From the NCBI GenBank assembly GCA_046329555.1, contig JAXLUK010000001.1, positions 22,855 through 86,854 of the forward strand: DNA of 64,000 nt. The letters are read 5' to 3'. Each line of letters opens with the position of its first letter. The stretch's first letter is position 1. Below, one piece after another: positions 38,783 through 48,813 of the stretch. The notes beneath the pieces are model-generated. The model was not told where the DNA came from. It made no database searches and saw only the letters and a program-made list of their open reading frames with translations. Position numbers and translations under genes: made by a program. The DNA comes from Chitinophagales bacterium. Lineage in GTDB: Bacteria > Bacteroidota > Bacteroidia > Chitinophagales > LD1.

Positions 38783-38899
38783 GGCGCGTGCCCCCGCTTG
38801 TGGCGGGGGCACCGTGCTTTCCGCTTGTAGTCCTCGCTCGGCTCGTACCTCACCTCGCTGCGGGCTACCGCTCCAATCACTCGCGCGAAGCACCAGTGT
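38783..38899. repeat. GC-rich intergenic repeat element, copy B
   Basis: A 10-bp GC hairpin GTGCCCCCGC-TTGTG-GCGGGGGCAC (38788-38812), then a 63-nt core (38816-38878) nearly identical to 62019-62082, and the terminal 11-mer AGCACCAGTGT. It abuts the rsmD stop codon. Confidence 0.75.
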
Positions 38900-39444
38900 C
38901 AATCAATGTCTTGATTCCGGAAAATGGCAAAAATAGTAGTGCCGTAATTTTTGGATTTCCAAAAATGGGGATGCTGCTCAAAATTGTGATCGGGATTGTG
39001 CTCCAATACAAACCAACCCGCTCCTTCTACCATCTGATGCTGAAAAATCAAATCGGGTATGGTAGCCAAATTAGGTAGTGGATAAGGCGGACCCGCGAAA
39101 ATTAAATCGTATTGCGTAGTGCAGGTTTCAATGAATTTGAACACATCCTGTTGAAGCACATGAATACCATCTAAACGTAAATCCTTGGCCGTTTTTCTGA
39201 TGAACTGCGCGCATTTCGGGAAAATTTCCACCGTGGTAATATCCGTACAGCCTCTGGAAGCCAGTTCGTAGCTTATACTTCCTGTTCCACCAAACAAATC
39301 CAGCACCTTGATATTATCAAAATTGAAACTGTTCGAAAGCACATTAAACAGCCCTTCCTTGGCCATATCGGTGGTAGGCCGCGTAGGAATATTCTGTGGC
39401 GGATGAAACTGTCTGGCCTTCAAAGAGCCACCTATGATGCGCAT
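38899..39444 (-). CDS. rsmD: 16S rRNA (guanine966-N2)-methyltransferase
   Basis: RIIGGSLKAR...TRPTTD, the SAM motif LDLFGGTGS, and GPPYP. Confidence 0.9.
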   Translation of the reverse strand: MRIIGGSLKARQFHPPQNIPTRPTTDMAKEGLFNVLSNSFNFDNIKVLDLFGGTGSISYELASRGCTDITTVEIFPKCAQFIRKTAKDLRLDGIHVLQQDVFKFIETCTTQYDLIFAGPPYPLPNLATIPDLIFQHQMVEGAGWFVLEHNPDHNFEQHPHFWKSKNYGTTIFAIFRNQDID

Positions 39445-40175
39445 AGCATTAATTGATTAAAAACGAATAACTGAGATCGTTTCATGAATTGCACATTCCC
39501 AAAAAACTGATGTATTCGATCTGCAATGGCAGAATTGCTAGCCACCATTCCATAAACATATACCGGATCATTTTGCCGATCAAAATCACAATCGCGAGCC
39601 GCCGCCAGCAAAAAATACATAAAATCTGCCACCGACTGGTAGGGATAAAAATTCATCAGTTGAATCCCGTTGTTGCGTACCATCATCACATAAAATCCAT
39701 CTTCCAGAACCAAAACATGTGATCCGTTCTTTTGATGTTCCATCAGTAACAATTGGGCACCCGGCTTCACTGTAATGGCGGATAGTCCCAAATCTGCCAA
39801 AACAGCCGGCTCCTGATAAACTACCACTACATCGTTCACCACAGCATACTTGGAAGCCACAGGCAAACTGGCTGCATTAAAAAAAGGGGCAGGCACCAAC
39901 TCAAAGGTGCTATGCACAACAGCGAAACAGGCGGGATACGACCGCTGTAACAATTCATCCTTGGCAAAAATCGCGCGAAGCTCAGTGCGATACACGGCTT
40001 CATCAGGTGCTTCCTGAAACCGATAATCACCCGTAAAAATACCGCCATCGGTTTGCTTTAACGCATATGAAAAACGTTTGGCTGCCAGTTCAATAAACAA
40101 ACTGCTTTGCCGGTCAATCAAACTTCTGTCGCCCTCAGAAGAATAGGTATTTCTAATATTTGGAGCCACCGTCAC
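39432..40175 (-). CDS. DUF3822-like protein
   Basis: 247 aa, overlapping rsmD by 13 nt. The family assignment rests on recollection of conserved DUF3822-rsmD synteny in Bacteroidota and was not checked by HMM. Confidence 0.55.
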   Translation of the reverse strand: MTVAPNIRNTYSSEGDRSLIDRQSSLFIELAAKRFSYALKQTDGGIFTGDYRFQEAPDEAVYRTELRAIFAKDELLQRSYPACFAVVHSTFELVPAPFFNAASLPVASKYAVVNDVVVVYQEPAVLADLGLSAITVKPGAQLLLMEHQKNGSHVLVLEDGFYVMMVRNNGIQLMNFYPYQSVADFMYFLLAAARDCDFDRQNDPVYVYGMVASNSAIADRIHQFFGNVQFMKRSQLFVFNQLMLCAS

Positions 40176-40186
40176 GGGTTAAAATT

Positions 40187-40690
40187 CTAAAAATTACCGA
40201 AGAATTCCGCTTTTTCAAAAAGTTGCACCTCGCTTTTATCCTTACAAGAGGCTAACAGCGCCGCTATGGTTTGATGCGAAATAGGATGCACTAGTTCGCC
40301 CGCTATTTCTGAAAGCGGCACCAGCGTAAATCGCCTTGCTGCCAATAACGGATGCGGAACGGTGAGTGAAGGCGAAGACCATGTTGGAGCATCCCACAAC
40401 AAAATATCAATATCAATCTCTCTCGGCCCCCAATGTTCACGGCGCTTCCGGCCTACTTCAGCTTCAATTTGTTGTGTAGTGCTCAGCAAAACCTCAGGCT
40501 CCAAATCTGCACGCACCTGCATACAGCAGTTCAAAAACGCTTGCTGCCGGGTGTTTCCCCATGCTGCTGTCTCATAGATAGAAGAAACTGCACAAACAGG
40601 GCCAACCTGTATATTAATTTGCCTGGCAGCAGTGCGCAAATAACCCAGGCGGTCGCCTACATTACTGCCTAAAAGGAGCCAAATGTTCAC
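40187..40690 (-). CDS. folK: 2-amino-4-hydroxy-6-hydroxymethyldihydropteridine diphosphokinase
   Basis: SSIYETAAWG and GPREIDIDILL motifs in 167 aa. Confidence 0.9.
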   Translation of the reverse strand: MNIWLLLGSNVGDRLGYLRTAARQINIQVGPVCAVSSIYETAAWGNTRQQAFLNCCMQVRADLEPEVLLSTTQQIEAEVGRKRREHWGPREIDIDILLWDAPTWSSPSLTVPHPLLAARRFTLVPLSEIAGELVHPISHQTIAALLASCKDKSEVQLFEKAEFFGNF

Positions 40691-40737
40691 GCTGCAAAAT
40701 ATTATTATTGCAAGGACGTCAAAAATTAAAAATCGTT

Positions 40738-42486
40738 ATGCGACAATTTCTAAAGTTCATCCTGGCCACCTTGGTAGGATTATTCCTGTTTTGCTTTTTG
40801 GGTTTCTTATTCATCATGGGTATTGCAGCCTCCGCTTCAAAAGATTCGAAACCAGAATTAGAGGCAAATTCGGTGCTGAAACTTGATCTCAACTATCAAA
40901 TACCTGAGCAAAGTGTTGCTAACCCATTTGCCGCCTTTGACTTTAACACCATGAAAACACGGAAGGCAACAGGCGTGCAAGATGTTATTGAAGCTATTCG
41001 GGCGGCCGCTAAAGACGATAAGATTAAGGGAATTTATCTGCCCATGGGCGTGAATACCAATGGCATGGCAACGCTGGAAGCCCTGCGCAATGCCCTATTA
41101 GATTTTAAGAAAAGTGGGAAATTCATCTACGCCTATGGTGAAACGGTTTCACAACGAAGCTACTATTTGGCTTCTGTGGCCGATAAAATTATCCTGAATC
41201 CAAGCGGTGGTATGGAATTGACCGGATTTGGACGAGAAATTATGTATTACAAAAATATGTTGGAGAAAATTGGTGTAGAAGTACAGGATTTTCATTGCGG
41301 TGCCTTTAAAAGCGCCATTGAGCCGTATCTGCGAGATAAAATGAGCGATGCCAACCGCGAGCAACTAACGGCTGTTTATAGCGACTTGTATGCCGGTTTC
41401 CTGAAAAACATAGCCACCTCACGGAAAATTGATGAAGGTACATTGAACGATGCCATCAACAATTTACAGGCCGTAATGCCCGAAGATGCGATGAATTTGA
41501 AACTAGCCGACCAGTTAGGCTATTACGATGAGATCGAGAGCGCCATTAAAGATAAAGTGGGCCTTAAAAAAAGTGATGAATTGAAGATGGTTGATCAGGC
41601 TAAGTATGTAACTACTTTGGATAAAGAAACTGATGCCGCTTCAAAAATTGCGGTGATTTACGCCGACGGTGAAATTGTAGATGGCGATGGACAGGAAGGA
41701 GAAATTGGCGGACAGGAATTCGCCAAAATAATCCGCAAAGCAAGACAGGATGAGAAGGTAAAGGCTATTGTACTTCGGGTCAATTCACCCGGGGGTAGCG
41801 CGCTGGCTTCCGATATCATGTGGCGCGAATTAAAACTAGCTAAAAAAGATAAGCCATTGGTCATATCAATGGGTGATTTGGCGGCTTCTGGAGGATACTT
41901 CATTGCCTGTATGGGTGATCGAATCTTCGCGCAGCCAAATACCATCACCGGTTCCATAGGCGTATTCGGATTGATTCCGAACGCCAAAAAATTGCTTAAT
42001 GAAAAACTGGGTATAACTACCGATCAGGTGGAAGTAACAAAGCACGGTTCTATAGGCTTAGTCACGAATCCGCTGGATGAAGAAGAAAAGGCAATGATTC
42101 AGCGAAGCGTTGAAAAAACTTACCGGGAATTTAAATCGCGTGTGGCAGAAGGCCGGAAGAAGGATACCGCTTACATTGAAACAATTGCCCAAGGCCATGT
42201 TTGGACGGGCAATCAAGGTATGAAGAACGGCTTGGTTGATGAAATAGGCAGTCTGGATGATGCCATTCGTTTTGCCGCCAAACAAGCGAATTTGAAGGAG
42301 TACAAATTGAAAGCTTACCCTGAGGAGAAATCCCTGGGCGAACAAATCGCCGAGAGTTTTGCCGATACCAAAGCAAAATGGATGCGCGAAGAAATGGGTG
42401 AACAACAATACAATATGTATCAAACATTAAAGCGACTGGAGCACTTTAAGGGCGTACAAATGCGGGCTCCGATGGAGCTGTACTAG
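40738..42486 (+). CDS. sppA: signal peptide peptidase SppA, 67K type
   Basis: An N-terminal TM helix and two S49 domains, the second with GDLAASGGYFIA. ATG 40738 lies within ORF 40708..42486. Confidence 0.9.
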   Translation: MRQFLKFILATLVGLFLFCFLGFLFIMGIAASASKDSKPELEANSVLKLDLNYQIPEQSVANPFAAFDFNTMKTRKATGVQDVIEAIRAAAKDDKIKGIYLPMGVNTNGMATLEALRNALLDFKKSGKFIYAYGETVSQRSYYLASVADKIILNPSGGMELTGFGREIMYYKNMLEKIGVEVQDFHCGAFKSAIEPYLRDKMSDANREQLTAVYSDLYAGFLKNIATSRKIDEGTLNDAINNLQAVMPEDAMNLKLADQLGYYDEIESAIKDKVGLKKSDELKMVDQAKYVTTLDKETDAASKIAVIYADGEIVDGDGQEGEIGGQEFAKIIRKARQDEKVKAIVLRVNSPGGSALASDIMWRELKLAKKDKPLVISMGDLAASGGYFIACMGDRIFAQPNTITGSIGVFGLIPNAKKLLNEKLGITTDQVEVTKHGSIGLVTNPLDEEEKAMIQRSVEKTYREFKSRVAEGRKKDTAYIETIAQGHVWTGNQGMKNGLVDEIGSLDDAIRFAAKQANLKEYKLKAYPEEKSLGEQIAESFADTKAKWMREEMGEQQYNMYQTLKRLEHFKGVQMRAPMELY

Positions 42487-44081
42487 TCGGTTAACAACCA
42501 CTGCATGTCATTCCGGAAGGGATCTGAGAAATCAAGAATCGCTTCCGGAATTTTTTTTGCTGTCTGATCAAAAGTCAACAGATTTTCCACGCGTTCCTGC
42601 CAACTATTTTCAGGGAACATGACCTGATACACTTGCCTGATCTGTGCCACACCTTCTTCATGACGGCGCTTCACTGCTTTCAAGATTTTCCCCTCGAAGG
42701 TTGCCAGACTATTCAGCGCCTTTTGCTTCTCGGCTTCCGCGCTGCCAGTAAGGGTTTGGTCGGTTTCAGCAGCAATTCTATTTAACGCTGTGTAGGCCTG
42801 CTCTACTTGAGCGCGCACTGATGACAAATCGGCAACCCCCTGGTTTTTCACAAACTGATTGACCGTTGCTTCTATTGGTTGATACCACTGCAAAGGCTTA
42901 ATTCCTGATTTCTGGATTTTACGATTAACAGACGCCTTAAGCAAGGTGAAGGCCGGGCGCATCAACAACACCGGAAAAGGATGATTATACCAATCAAACA
43001 GCGCTTTCAATTCTAACCAATAACTCAATTCGCCTGCGCCGCCAATAAAAGCCAGATTCGGCAATACCATTTCCTGATACAATGGCCGGAAAACAACATT
43101 CGGACTAAACGCTTCGGGATGTTGCTGAATTTGATCTGATAATTCCTCCCTGCTAAAAGAAACTCCGGTATCTACTACGGCAAATTTTTCTTCTGCCAAC
43201 ACCAATCGTTTCCTGAAATTCTTCCCAACATGAAAAAAATTGATTTCTCGGGGCTGCACTTGCAGGTTGTACTGCCGGCTGAGCCCTGCTAATGGTTCTG
43301 CTAATACCGCTTTGGCTCTTGAGTTCGTGATTTCATCAATCATTACCGGTACCAGCAAGCGCTTTAAACGTGCATCATCCGGATTCAATACAACCAATCC
43401 TTCCGCTCCAAACCAGTCATGTACCAGTTGTTGGGTGAATGCCCCAAAATGAGGCGCCTGATTAGCCCATTGCGCTAATTGTTGAAGTTTTGCCTCGTCA
43501 TTCATTCCGGCCACCTTCAACTGCGCAATAACCGCATCGAAACCGGTCATCGGTATCCGCCCAACAGGACCGTTCGTATCTTGTGCCTCCCAGGAAATGC
43601 GCTGACCATTCACGTAGGTATGACCTAACTCTTCCCAATCGTGATCTTCGCTGCCCATCCAAAAAACAGGCACAAAATGATAATCCGGATAGGCCGCTTT
43701 TAATTGACGAGATAAATTGATGGCGCCTGCCATCTTGAACACATTAAACATCGGCCCCATTAGTAAACAAGGCTGATGAGCCGCTGTAACGGTGAAAGTA
43801 TTGGGTTGGGCCAACAACTCAATTTGCTTAAACACCAAAGCCTCATCACTGCACCAACCAGCGTATTGCTCTATTAAGACCTCAATCAAAATGGCGCGAT
43901 TTACCGGAACAGCCGACCTTCTTTTAATGGCTTCAGCAAATGAACCGATTTCGGGCTTTAGCGCATAGTAATCGGCAAGCTGTGGTTCACCTAAAAGATA
44001 ATCTTTAACCAATGGCGAAAACCCCGGAATACCAGCCAGCGGAATAGATTCCAGGCGTTCCAGCTTAAACGATTTCTCCAT
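42483..44081 (-). CDS. bshC: bacillithiol biosynthesis cysteine-adding enzyme BshC
   Basis: About 530 aa from ATG 44081 (MEKSF...). The N-terminal pattern GFSPLVKDYL..P.L..YY resembles Bacteroidota BshC, judged from memory only. Confidence 0.75.
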   Translation of the reverse strand: MEKSFKLERLESIPLAGIPGFSPLVKDYLLGEPQLADYYALKPEIGSFAEAIKRRSAVPVNRAILIEVLIEQYAGWCSDEALVFKQIELLAQPNTFTVTAAHQPCLLMGPMFNVFKMAGAINLSRQLKAAYPDYHFVPVFWMGSEDHDWEELGHTYVNGQRISWEAQDTNGPVGRIPMTGFDAVIAQLKVAGMNDEAKLQQLAQWANQAPHFGAFTQQLVHDWFGAEGLVVLNPDDARLKRLLVPVMIDEITNSRAKAVLAEPLAGLSRQYNLQVQPREINFFHVGKNFRKRLVLAEEKFAVVDTGVSFSREELSDQIQQHPEAFSPNVVFRPLYQEMVLPNLAFIGGAGELSYWLELKALFDWYNHPFPVLLMRPAFTLLKASVNRKIQKSGIKPLQWYQPIEATVNQFVKNQGVADLSSVRAQVEQAYTALNRIAAETDQTLTGSAEAEKQKALNSLATFEGKILKAVKRRHEEGVAQIRQVYQVMFPENSWQERVENLLTFDQTAKKIPEAILDFSDPFRNDMQWLLTD

Positions 44082-45375
44082 ACAAATCGAATTCTTCTGC
44101 ACGTACGATGCGAACATTGGCAAAATCGCCAATGCGCACATACTGATCCGCAGCATTCACCAGCACTTCGTTGTCTACTTCTGGCGAGTCATAGGCTGTT
44201 CTTCCAATGAACCACCCTCCCTCTTTGCGGTCAAACAAAACCCGCATTACCTTTCCAACGCGTTGTTGGTTCAACTCCATAGAAATACCTTCCTGAAGCG
44301 CCATCACTGCTGCGGCACGTGCTTCCTTTTCTTCCTGAGTAAGCGTGTCCTCCAGACCATACGCCCGCGTATCTTCTTCGTGAGAATACGTAAATACACC
44401 TAACCGATCGAAGCGCATGCGCTTTACAAAATCCAGCAACGACTCAAATTGTTCCTGCGTTTCACCCGGATGACCTACCAACATCGTGGTGCGAATAGCG
44501 ATATCCGGAATTTTAGCGCGTATGGCCTGTACCAGCGCTTCGGTTTCTTCCCGCGTGATATTACGGCGCATCGTTTTTAAAACGTCATCCGCAGCGTGCT
44601 GCAATGGCATATCCAGATAATGACAAACTTTGGGATTTTGTGCCATTTCATCAATAATTTCCATGGGAAATTGCGCCGGATATGCATAATGCAGCCGGAT
44701 CCATTCAATGCCATCTACATCAGATAGCGCCCGAAGCAATTCCGGCAATTTACGCTTGCGATAAACATCCATGCCGTAGTAAGTCAGTTCCTGCGCAATC
44801 AAAATCAATTCCTTCACACCTTTAGCGGCCAAAGCACGTGCTTCTTCCACTAAACTTTCAATAGTACGCGAAATATGTTTGCCGCGCATCAAGGGTATGG
44901 CACAAAACGAACAGGTACGGTTGCAACCTTCAGAAATTTTCAAATAGGCAAAATGAGCGGGTGTCGACAACATCCTTTCGCCAATCAGTTCCTGTTTGTA
45001 ATCAATTTTAAAACGCTTCAACAGCCTGGGCAATTCCGCCGTTCCGAAGAAAGCATCAACTTCCGCAATTTCTTCTTCCAGATTGTCTTTATATCGCTGC
45101 GATAAACAACCGGTAACATATAACTTCTCGATTTTACCGGCAGTTTTAGCTTCGGCGTATTCCAAAATTGTGTTAATACTTTCTTCCTTAGCCTTATCAA
45201 TAAAGCCACAGGTATTCACAATTACGATATTCCTACCCTTACGCCATTTATCGTGCGCTACGTCGTATCCGCCGTCGCGTAAATGAGCCATCATCACCTC
45301 ACTATCTACCAGGTTTTTGGAGCAACCCAGCGTAATCACGCTGACTTTATCTTTTTGAAACGCCTTGGTTTTCAC
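44065..45375 (-). CDS. rimO: ribosomal protein S12 methylthiotransferase
   Basis: An N-terminal UPF0004 domain (ITLGCSKNLVDSE), the radical-SAM motif CNRTCSFCAIP, and a C-terminal TRAM domain. Confidence 0.92.
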   Translation of the reverse strand: MKTKAFQKDKVSVITLGCSKNLVDSEVMMAHLRDGGYDVAHDKWRKGRNIVIVNTCGFIDKAKEESINTILEYAEAKTAGKIEKLYVTGCLSQRYKDNLEEEIAEVDAFFGTAELPRLLKRFKIDYKQELIGERMLSTPAHFAYLKISEGCNRTCSFCAIPLMRGKHISRTIESLVEEARALAAKGVKELILIAQELTYYGMDVYRKRKLPELLRALSDVDGIEWIRLHYAYPAQFPMEIIDEMAQNPKVCHYLDMPLQHAADDVLKTMRRNITREETEALVQAIRAKIPDIAIRTTMLVGHPGETQEQFESLLDFVKRMRFDRLGVFTYSHEEDTRAYGLEDTLTQEEKEARAAAVMALQEGISMELNQQRVGKVMRVLFDRKEGGWFIGRTAYDSPEVDNEVLVNAADQYVRIGDFANVRIVRAEEFDLYGEIV

Positions 45376-45438
45376 GGAGGGCGAAGCTACTAAAACTTTT
45401 TCCGCCCAAAACCCGTTTCGTATATTAGCCGCAGTATT

Positions 45439-46872
45439 ATGGAACGTGAAGTGTTATCAATCAAGCGCAAGGCGCTGCGCATCAACCTCGAACCTTCAAT
45501 TTATGGCACCTTTGCTGAGATTGGCGCCGGACAGGAAGTAGCCCGTACTTTCTTTCAGGTTGGCGGTGCTTCAGGCACTGTAGCTAAAACCATGTCGGCC
45601 TACGATATGTCGTTCAGCGATGCCATTTACGGTGAAGAAGAATCAGGGCGGTATGTCAGTGATTCCAGGCTGAAAAGCATGCTGCAGCATGAATATGAAT
45701 TACTGACACAACGTTTGGTGGGCGAGAAATACGCGCACCGACGTTTCTTCGCCTTTGCAGATAGCTGTACCACCATTAACTACCTGCGTAATAATGATCC
45801 GCACAGCTGGATGGGTCTTCGCTTCCAATTAGTTCCGGGCGGACCGGTGAACGAAGTTCTCATGCACCTTCGCCTGAAAGAGAAGGACGCCTTGCTGCAA
45901 CAACGCACCATTGGCGGCATGGGTGTGAATTTAATTTTTGCCTGCTTCTGGTATTCATCAAATATGGACGCCTTTATCGAATCGCTGATGGATAACCTCA
46001 CTACCGATCAGGTGGAAATTGATATGTTGAGCGTTAAAGGCGATGATTTTAAACAGGTGGATTGCCGGCTGATAGCGTTGATGCTGGTGAAAAAAGGATT
46101 TACTTCAGGAACCATTTTCGGGCCAGATAAAGAAGTTTACCATCCGAAAGATATTCTATACAAAAAAGATATCGTTTGTTTACGCGGCCGATTCCGGCCG
46201 GTGACCCGGGTAAGTGAAGATATGTTTCATTGCGGCGTAGCCACGTTCAAAAAAATTTATCCTACCACTGCAGATGATGTGGTTGCCTTGTCGGAATTGA
46301 CCATCAGTAATCTGGAAGCAGATGCCGGTTTAGATGCCAAAGATTTTTTAGACAGAACGGAAATCCTCTGTAATCTGGGCCACACGGTTATGGTATCTAA
46401 CTGCCACAAGCACGATGCCTTGATGGAATATCTGCGGCGCTGCCGGCCCAAGCACATCGGGATCGTAGCAGGAGTCATGAATTTGCAGGAATTATTTAAC
46501 CCTGATCACTATGAATTTGCTGAAGGAGAGATTCTGCGGTATTTCGGAGAAATCTTTCAAAATAATACCAAGATGCTGATCTATCCGTATCAGCCAGATG
46601 CGCATAGTTCTTTAGTTACCCTGGCCAATTTTAAAGTTGAACCAGCCTATCAGCCATTATTAAAATACCTGGTGGATAGTGGCTTTTTGGTAGATGTAGA
46701 AGGCTGCGATGCTTCCCTGTTGCAGATTTATTCCAACGATGTGATTGCACGCATCAAAACCGGTGAATCCGGCTGGGAAACGGCAGTACCTCCGGGCGTT
46801 GCAGAATTTATCAAAAACAATTGTCTGTTTGATTATCCTTGTGAAGTAAAATACAGTTCTGATGCGGGTTAA
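45439..46872 (+). CDS. conserved hypothetical protein (477 aa), function unknown
   Basis: A long clean ORF with a strongly patterned N-terminus, GTFAEIGAGQEVARTFFQVGGASGTVAKTMSAYDMSFSDAIYG. I recognise no catalytic motif. Confidence 0.7.
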   Translation: MEREVLSIKRKALRINLEPSIYGTFAEIGAGQEVARTFFQVGGASGTVAKTMSAYDMSFSDAIYGEEESGRYVSDSRLKSMLQHEYELLTQRLVGEKYAHRRFFAFADSCTTINYLRNNDPHSWMGLRFQLVPGGPVNEVLMHLRLKEKDALLQQRTIGGMGVNLIFACFWYSSNMDAFIESLMDNLTTDQVEIDMLSVKGDDFKQVDCRLIALMLVKKGFTSGTIFGPDKEVYHPKDILYKKDIVCLRGRFRPVTRVSEDMFHCGVATFKKIYPTTADDVVALSELTISNLEADAGLDAKDFLDRTEILCNLGHTVMVSNCHKHDALMEYLRRCRPKHIGIVAGVMNLQELFNPDHYEFAEGEILRYFGEIFQNNTKMLIYPYQPDAHSSLVTLANFKVEPAYQPLLKYLVDSGFLVDVEGCDASLLQIYSNDVIARIKTGESGWETAVPPGVAEFIKNNCLFDYPCEVKYSSDAG

Positions 46873-46915
46873 GCCGCCGGTGAACTACCTTATTTTTTGA
46901 ATTGAATTTGATGTG

Positions 46916-47515
46916 ATGCAGGAAGATCAGGATCCCGTTTGGAGTTATGAAATGGAGAAACATAAACCCGTTCGCCCGGGGCAGTTATTGCTGGCCGAGC
47001 CGTTTATGTGGGATGAGAATTTCAAAAGAACAGTGATTTTGATTTGTAATCACACGGAAGATGGCACCACCGGCTTATTGCTTACTAAACCAGTACAATT
47101 GAAGTTAAACGAACTAGTTGAAGACTTTCCTGCGGCATTTAATGCTGAATTATATTTCGGCGGGCCGGTAGGCACTGATCTCATCCAGATTTTACACACC
47201 TTAGGCAATGAATTAGAAGGAAGTCGCAAAATATGCGATGGCGTGTGGTACGGCGGCGATTTTCAGCAATTAAAAAGTAGAATTATTGCTGGCAAAGTAA
47301 AGCCCGATCAAGTGCGCTTCTTCCTGGGGTATTCGGGATGGGAAGGCGGCCAGCTAGACCGCGAACTCAAAGAAAACTCGTGGATTGTTTCAGGTGCCAC
47401 CAAGCGATATGTGTTGAACTACGCCCACGAAGGACTATGGAAGAGCATTATGAGTGAATTGGGTGGCATCTACGCTACCATGGGCAATTATCCGGAAAAC
47501 CCGATTTTAAATTAA
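46916..47515 (+). CDS. YqgE/AlgH family protein (UPF0301)
   Basis: LLLAEPFMWDENFKRTVILICNHTEDGTTGLLLTKP and GGPV...GYSGW are family signatures. Confidence 0.85.
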   Translation: MQEDQDPVWSYEMEKHKPVRPGQLLLAEPFMWDENFKRTVILICNHTEDGTTGLLLTKPVQLKLNELVEDFPAAFNAELYFGGPVGTDLIQILHTLGNELEGSRKICDGVWYGGDFQQLKSRIIAGKVKPDQVRFFLGYSGWEGGQLDRELKENSWIVSGATKRYVLNYAHEGLWKSIMSELGGIYATMGNYPENPILN

Positions 47516-48789
47516 TGTATAGCGAACTGGCATTCGAATCTGCTGAAGCAATTGCCGAAAGACAACAAGATTTACTAACGGCGCAATTGCATTATGCGTT
47601 GCGGCATTCTCCTTTCTACCAAAAACATTTCGCCGGGTTGCCGGGAACGCCCGAAAATTGGGCCGCTAATTTGAGCCAGCTTCCTTTTACTACTAAAAAC
47701 GATTTACATCAACACAGCGACGCTTTTCGATGTGTTTCCCATCAAGATATTGTGGAATATTGTACCACCAGCGGCACCACTGGAACCCCGTTGGCAATCG
47801 TGCTTACCGAGCATGACCTCGACCGACTCGCCACCAATGAACAACTATCGTTCACCGCTGCCGGCGTTACATCCGCCGACATTGTGCAGCTCATGCTCAC
47901 ACTGGATAAGCAGTTTATGGCAGGTATGGCTTATGCCATGGGTTTGCGCAAAATAGGCGCAGGCATCATCAGGGTTGGGCCCGGTGCTCCGGCGCAGCAA
48001 TGGGAAAGCATACAGCGCTTCTCGCCTACCGTACTCGTGGCAGTACCATCTTTTGTAGTGAAGCTGCTGGATTACACCCGAACACACCAGCTTGATATCA
48101 GTACTTCTTCAGTAAAAAAAATTGTAGCCATAGGAGAACCGTTGCGCACGGCTACCGGCGAATACAATGCCCTGGCTGCGCGCATTCTGGCCGACTGGCC
48201 AGTGGAGCTATTCAGCACTTATGCCGCTACGGAAATGCAAACAGCTTTTACAGAATGTACGGCTCATCAAGGCAATCACCTAATCCCCGAATTACTCATC
48301 GCAGAAATTGTTGATGATAAGGGAAAGTCCGTCGAACCGGGAGCTGTTGGTGAATTGGTGATTACCCATTTGGGTGTTACCGGTATGCCGCTATTTCGCT
48401 ACCGCACTGGCGATATGGTTGCCGGTTACACCGGCACCTGCAGCTGCGGCAGGCAATCTTTGCGTATTTCCAGCGTGGTGGGTCGCCGTAACCAATTGAT
48501 TAAATATAAAGGCACCACCTTGTATCCACCAGCTATCATTGAAGCTATTCATATGGTTGCAGCGGTCAGCGATTTTCTGATAAAAGTAAGTCGTAACGAA
48601 TTGGGCATTGAGCAACTGGATGTTTTCATTGTGCACCATGGCGATATTGATGCTACAGAAGCCGCATTGCGCGCCGCCATGCAACATAAACTACGTGTGT
48701 TGCCTGAAATTCATTTTGTATCATCCCGCCAATTAGCAGAAATGCGTCCATCAGATACCCGAAAGCCTGTTTCTGTAATATTTGCTTAA
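47515..48789 (+). CDS. PaaK-like adenylate-forming (phenylacetate-CoA ligase family) enzyme
   Basis: TTSGTTGTPLAI (the AMP-binding P-loop), YAATE and RYRTGD in 424 aa. The start overlaps the yqgE-like stop (TAATG). Confidence 0.75.
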   Translation: MYSELAFESAEAIAERQQDLLTAQLHYALRHSPFYQKHFAGLPGTPENWAANLSQLPFTTKNDLHQHSDAFRCVSHQDIVEYCTTSGTTGTPLAIVLTEHDLDRLATNEQLSFTAAGVTSADIVQLMLTLDKQFMAGMAYAMGLRKIGAGIIRVGPGAPAQQWESIQRFSPTVLVAVPSFVVKLLDYTRTHQLDISTSSVKKIVAIGEPLRTATGEYNALAARILADWPVELFSTYAATEMQTAFTECTAHQGNHLIPELLIAEIVDDKGKSVEPGAVGELVITHLGVTGMPLFRYRTGDMVAGYTGTCSCGRQSLRISSVVGRRNQLIKYKGTTLYPPAIIEAIHMVAAVSDFLIKVSRNELGIEQLDVFIVHHGDIDATEAALRAAMQHKLRVLPEIHFVSSRQLAEMRPSDTRKPVSVIFA

Positions 48790-48813
48790 GTATCTTTTCC
48801 TATCATTGCAACT

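Noticed and set aside
38788-39078. A 96-aa + strand ORF starting in the GC-rich repeat and running antisense through rsmD. The analogous ORFs 61985..62221 (+) and 61938..62171 (-) are similar cases.
   Set aside because: They are artefacts of translating the GC-rich repeat (Ala/Pro/Arg/Leu-rich). There is no coding-like conservation between the two repeat copies' translations beyond the shared DNA core.
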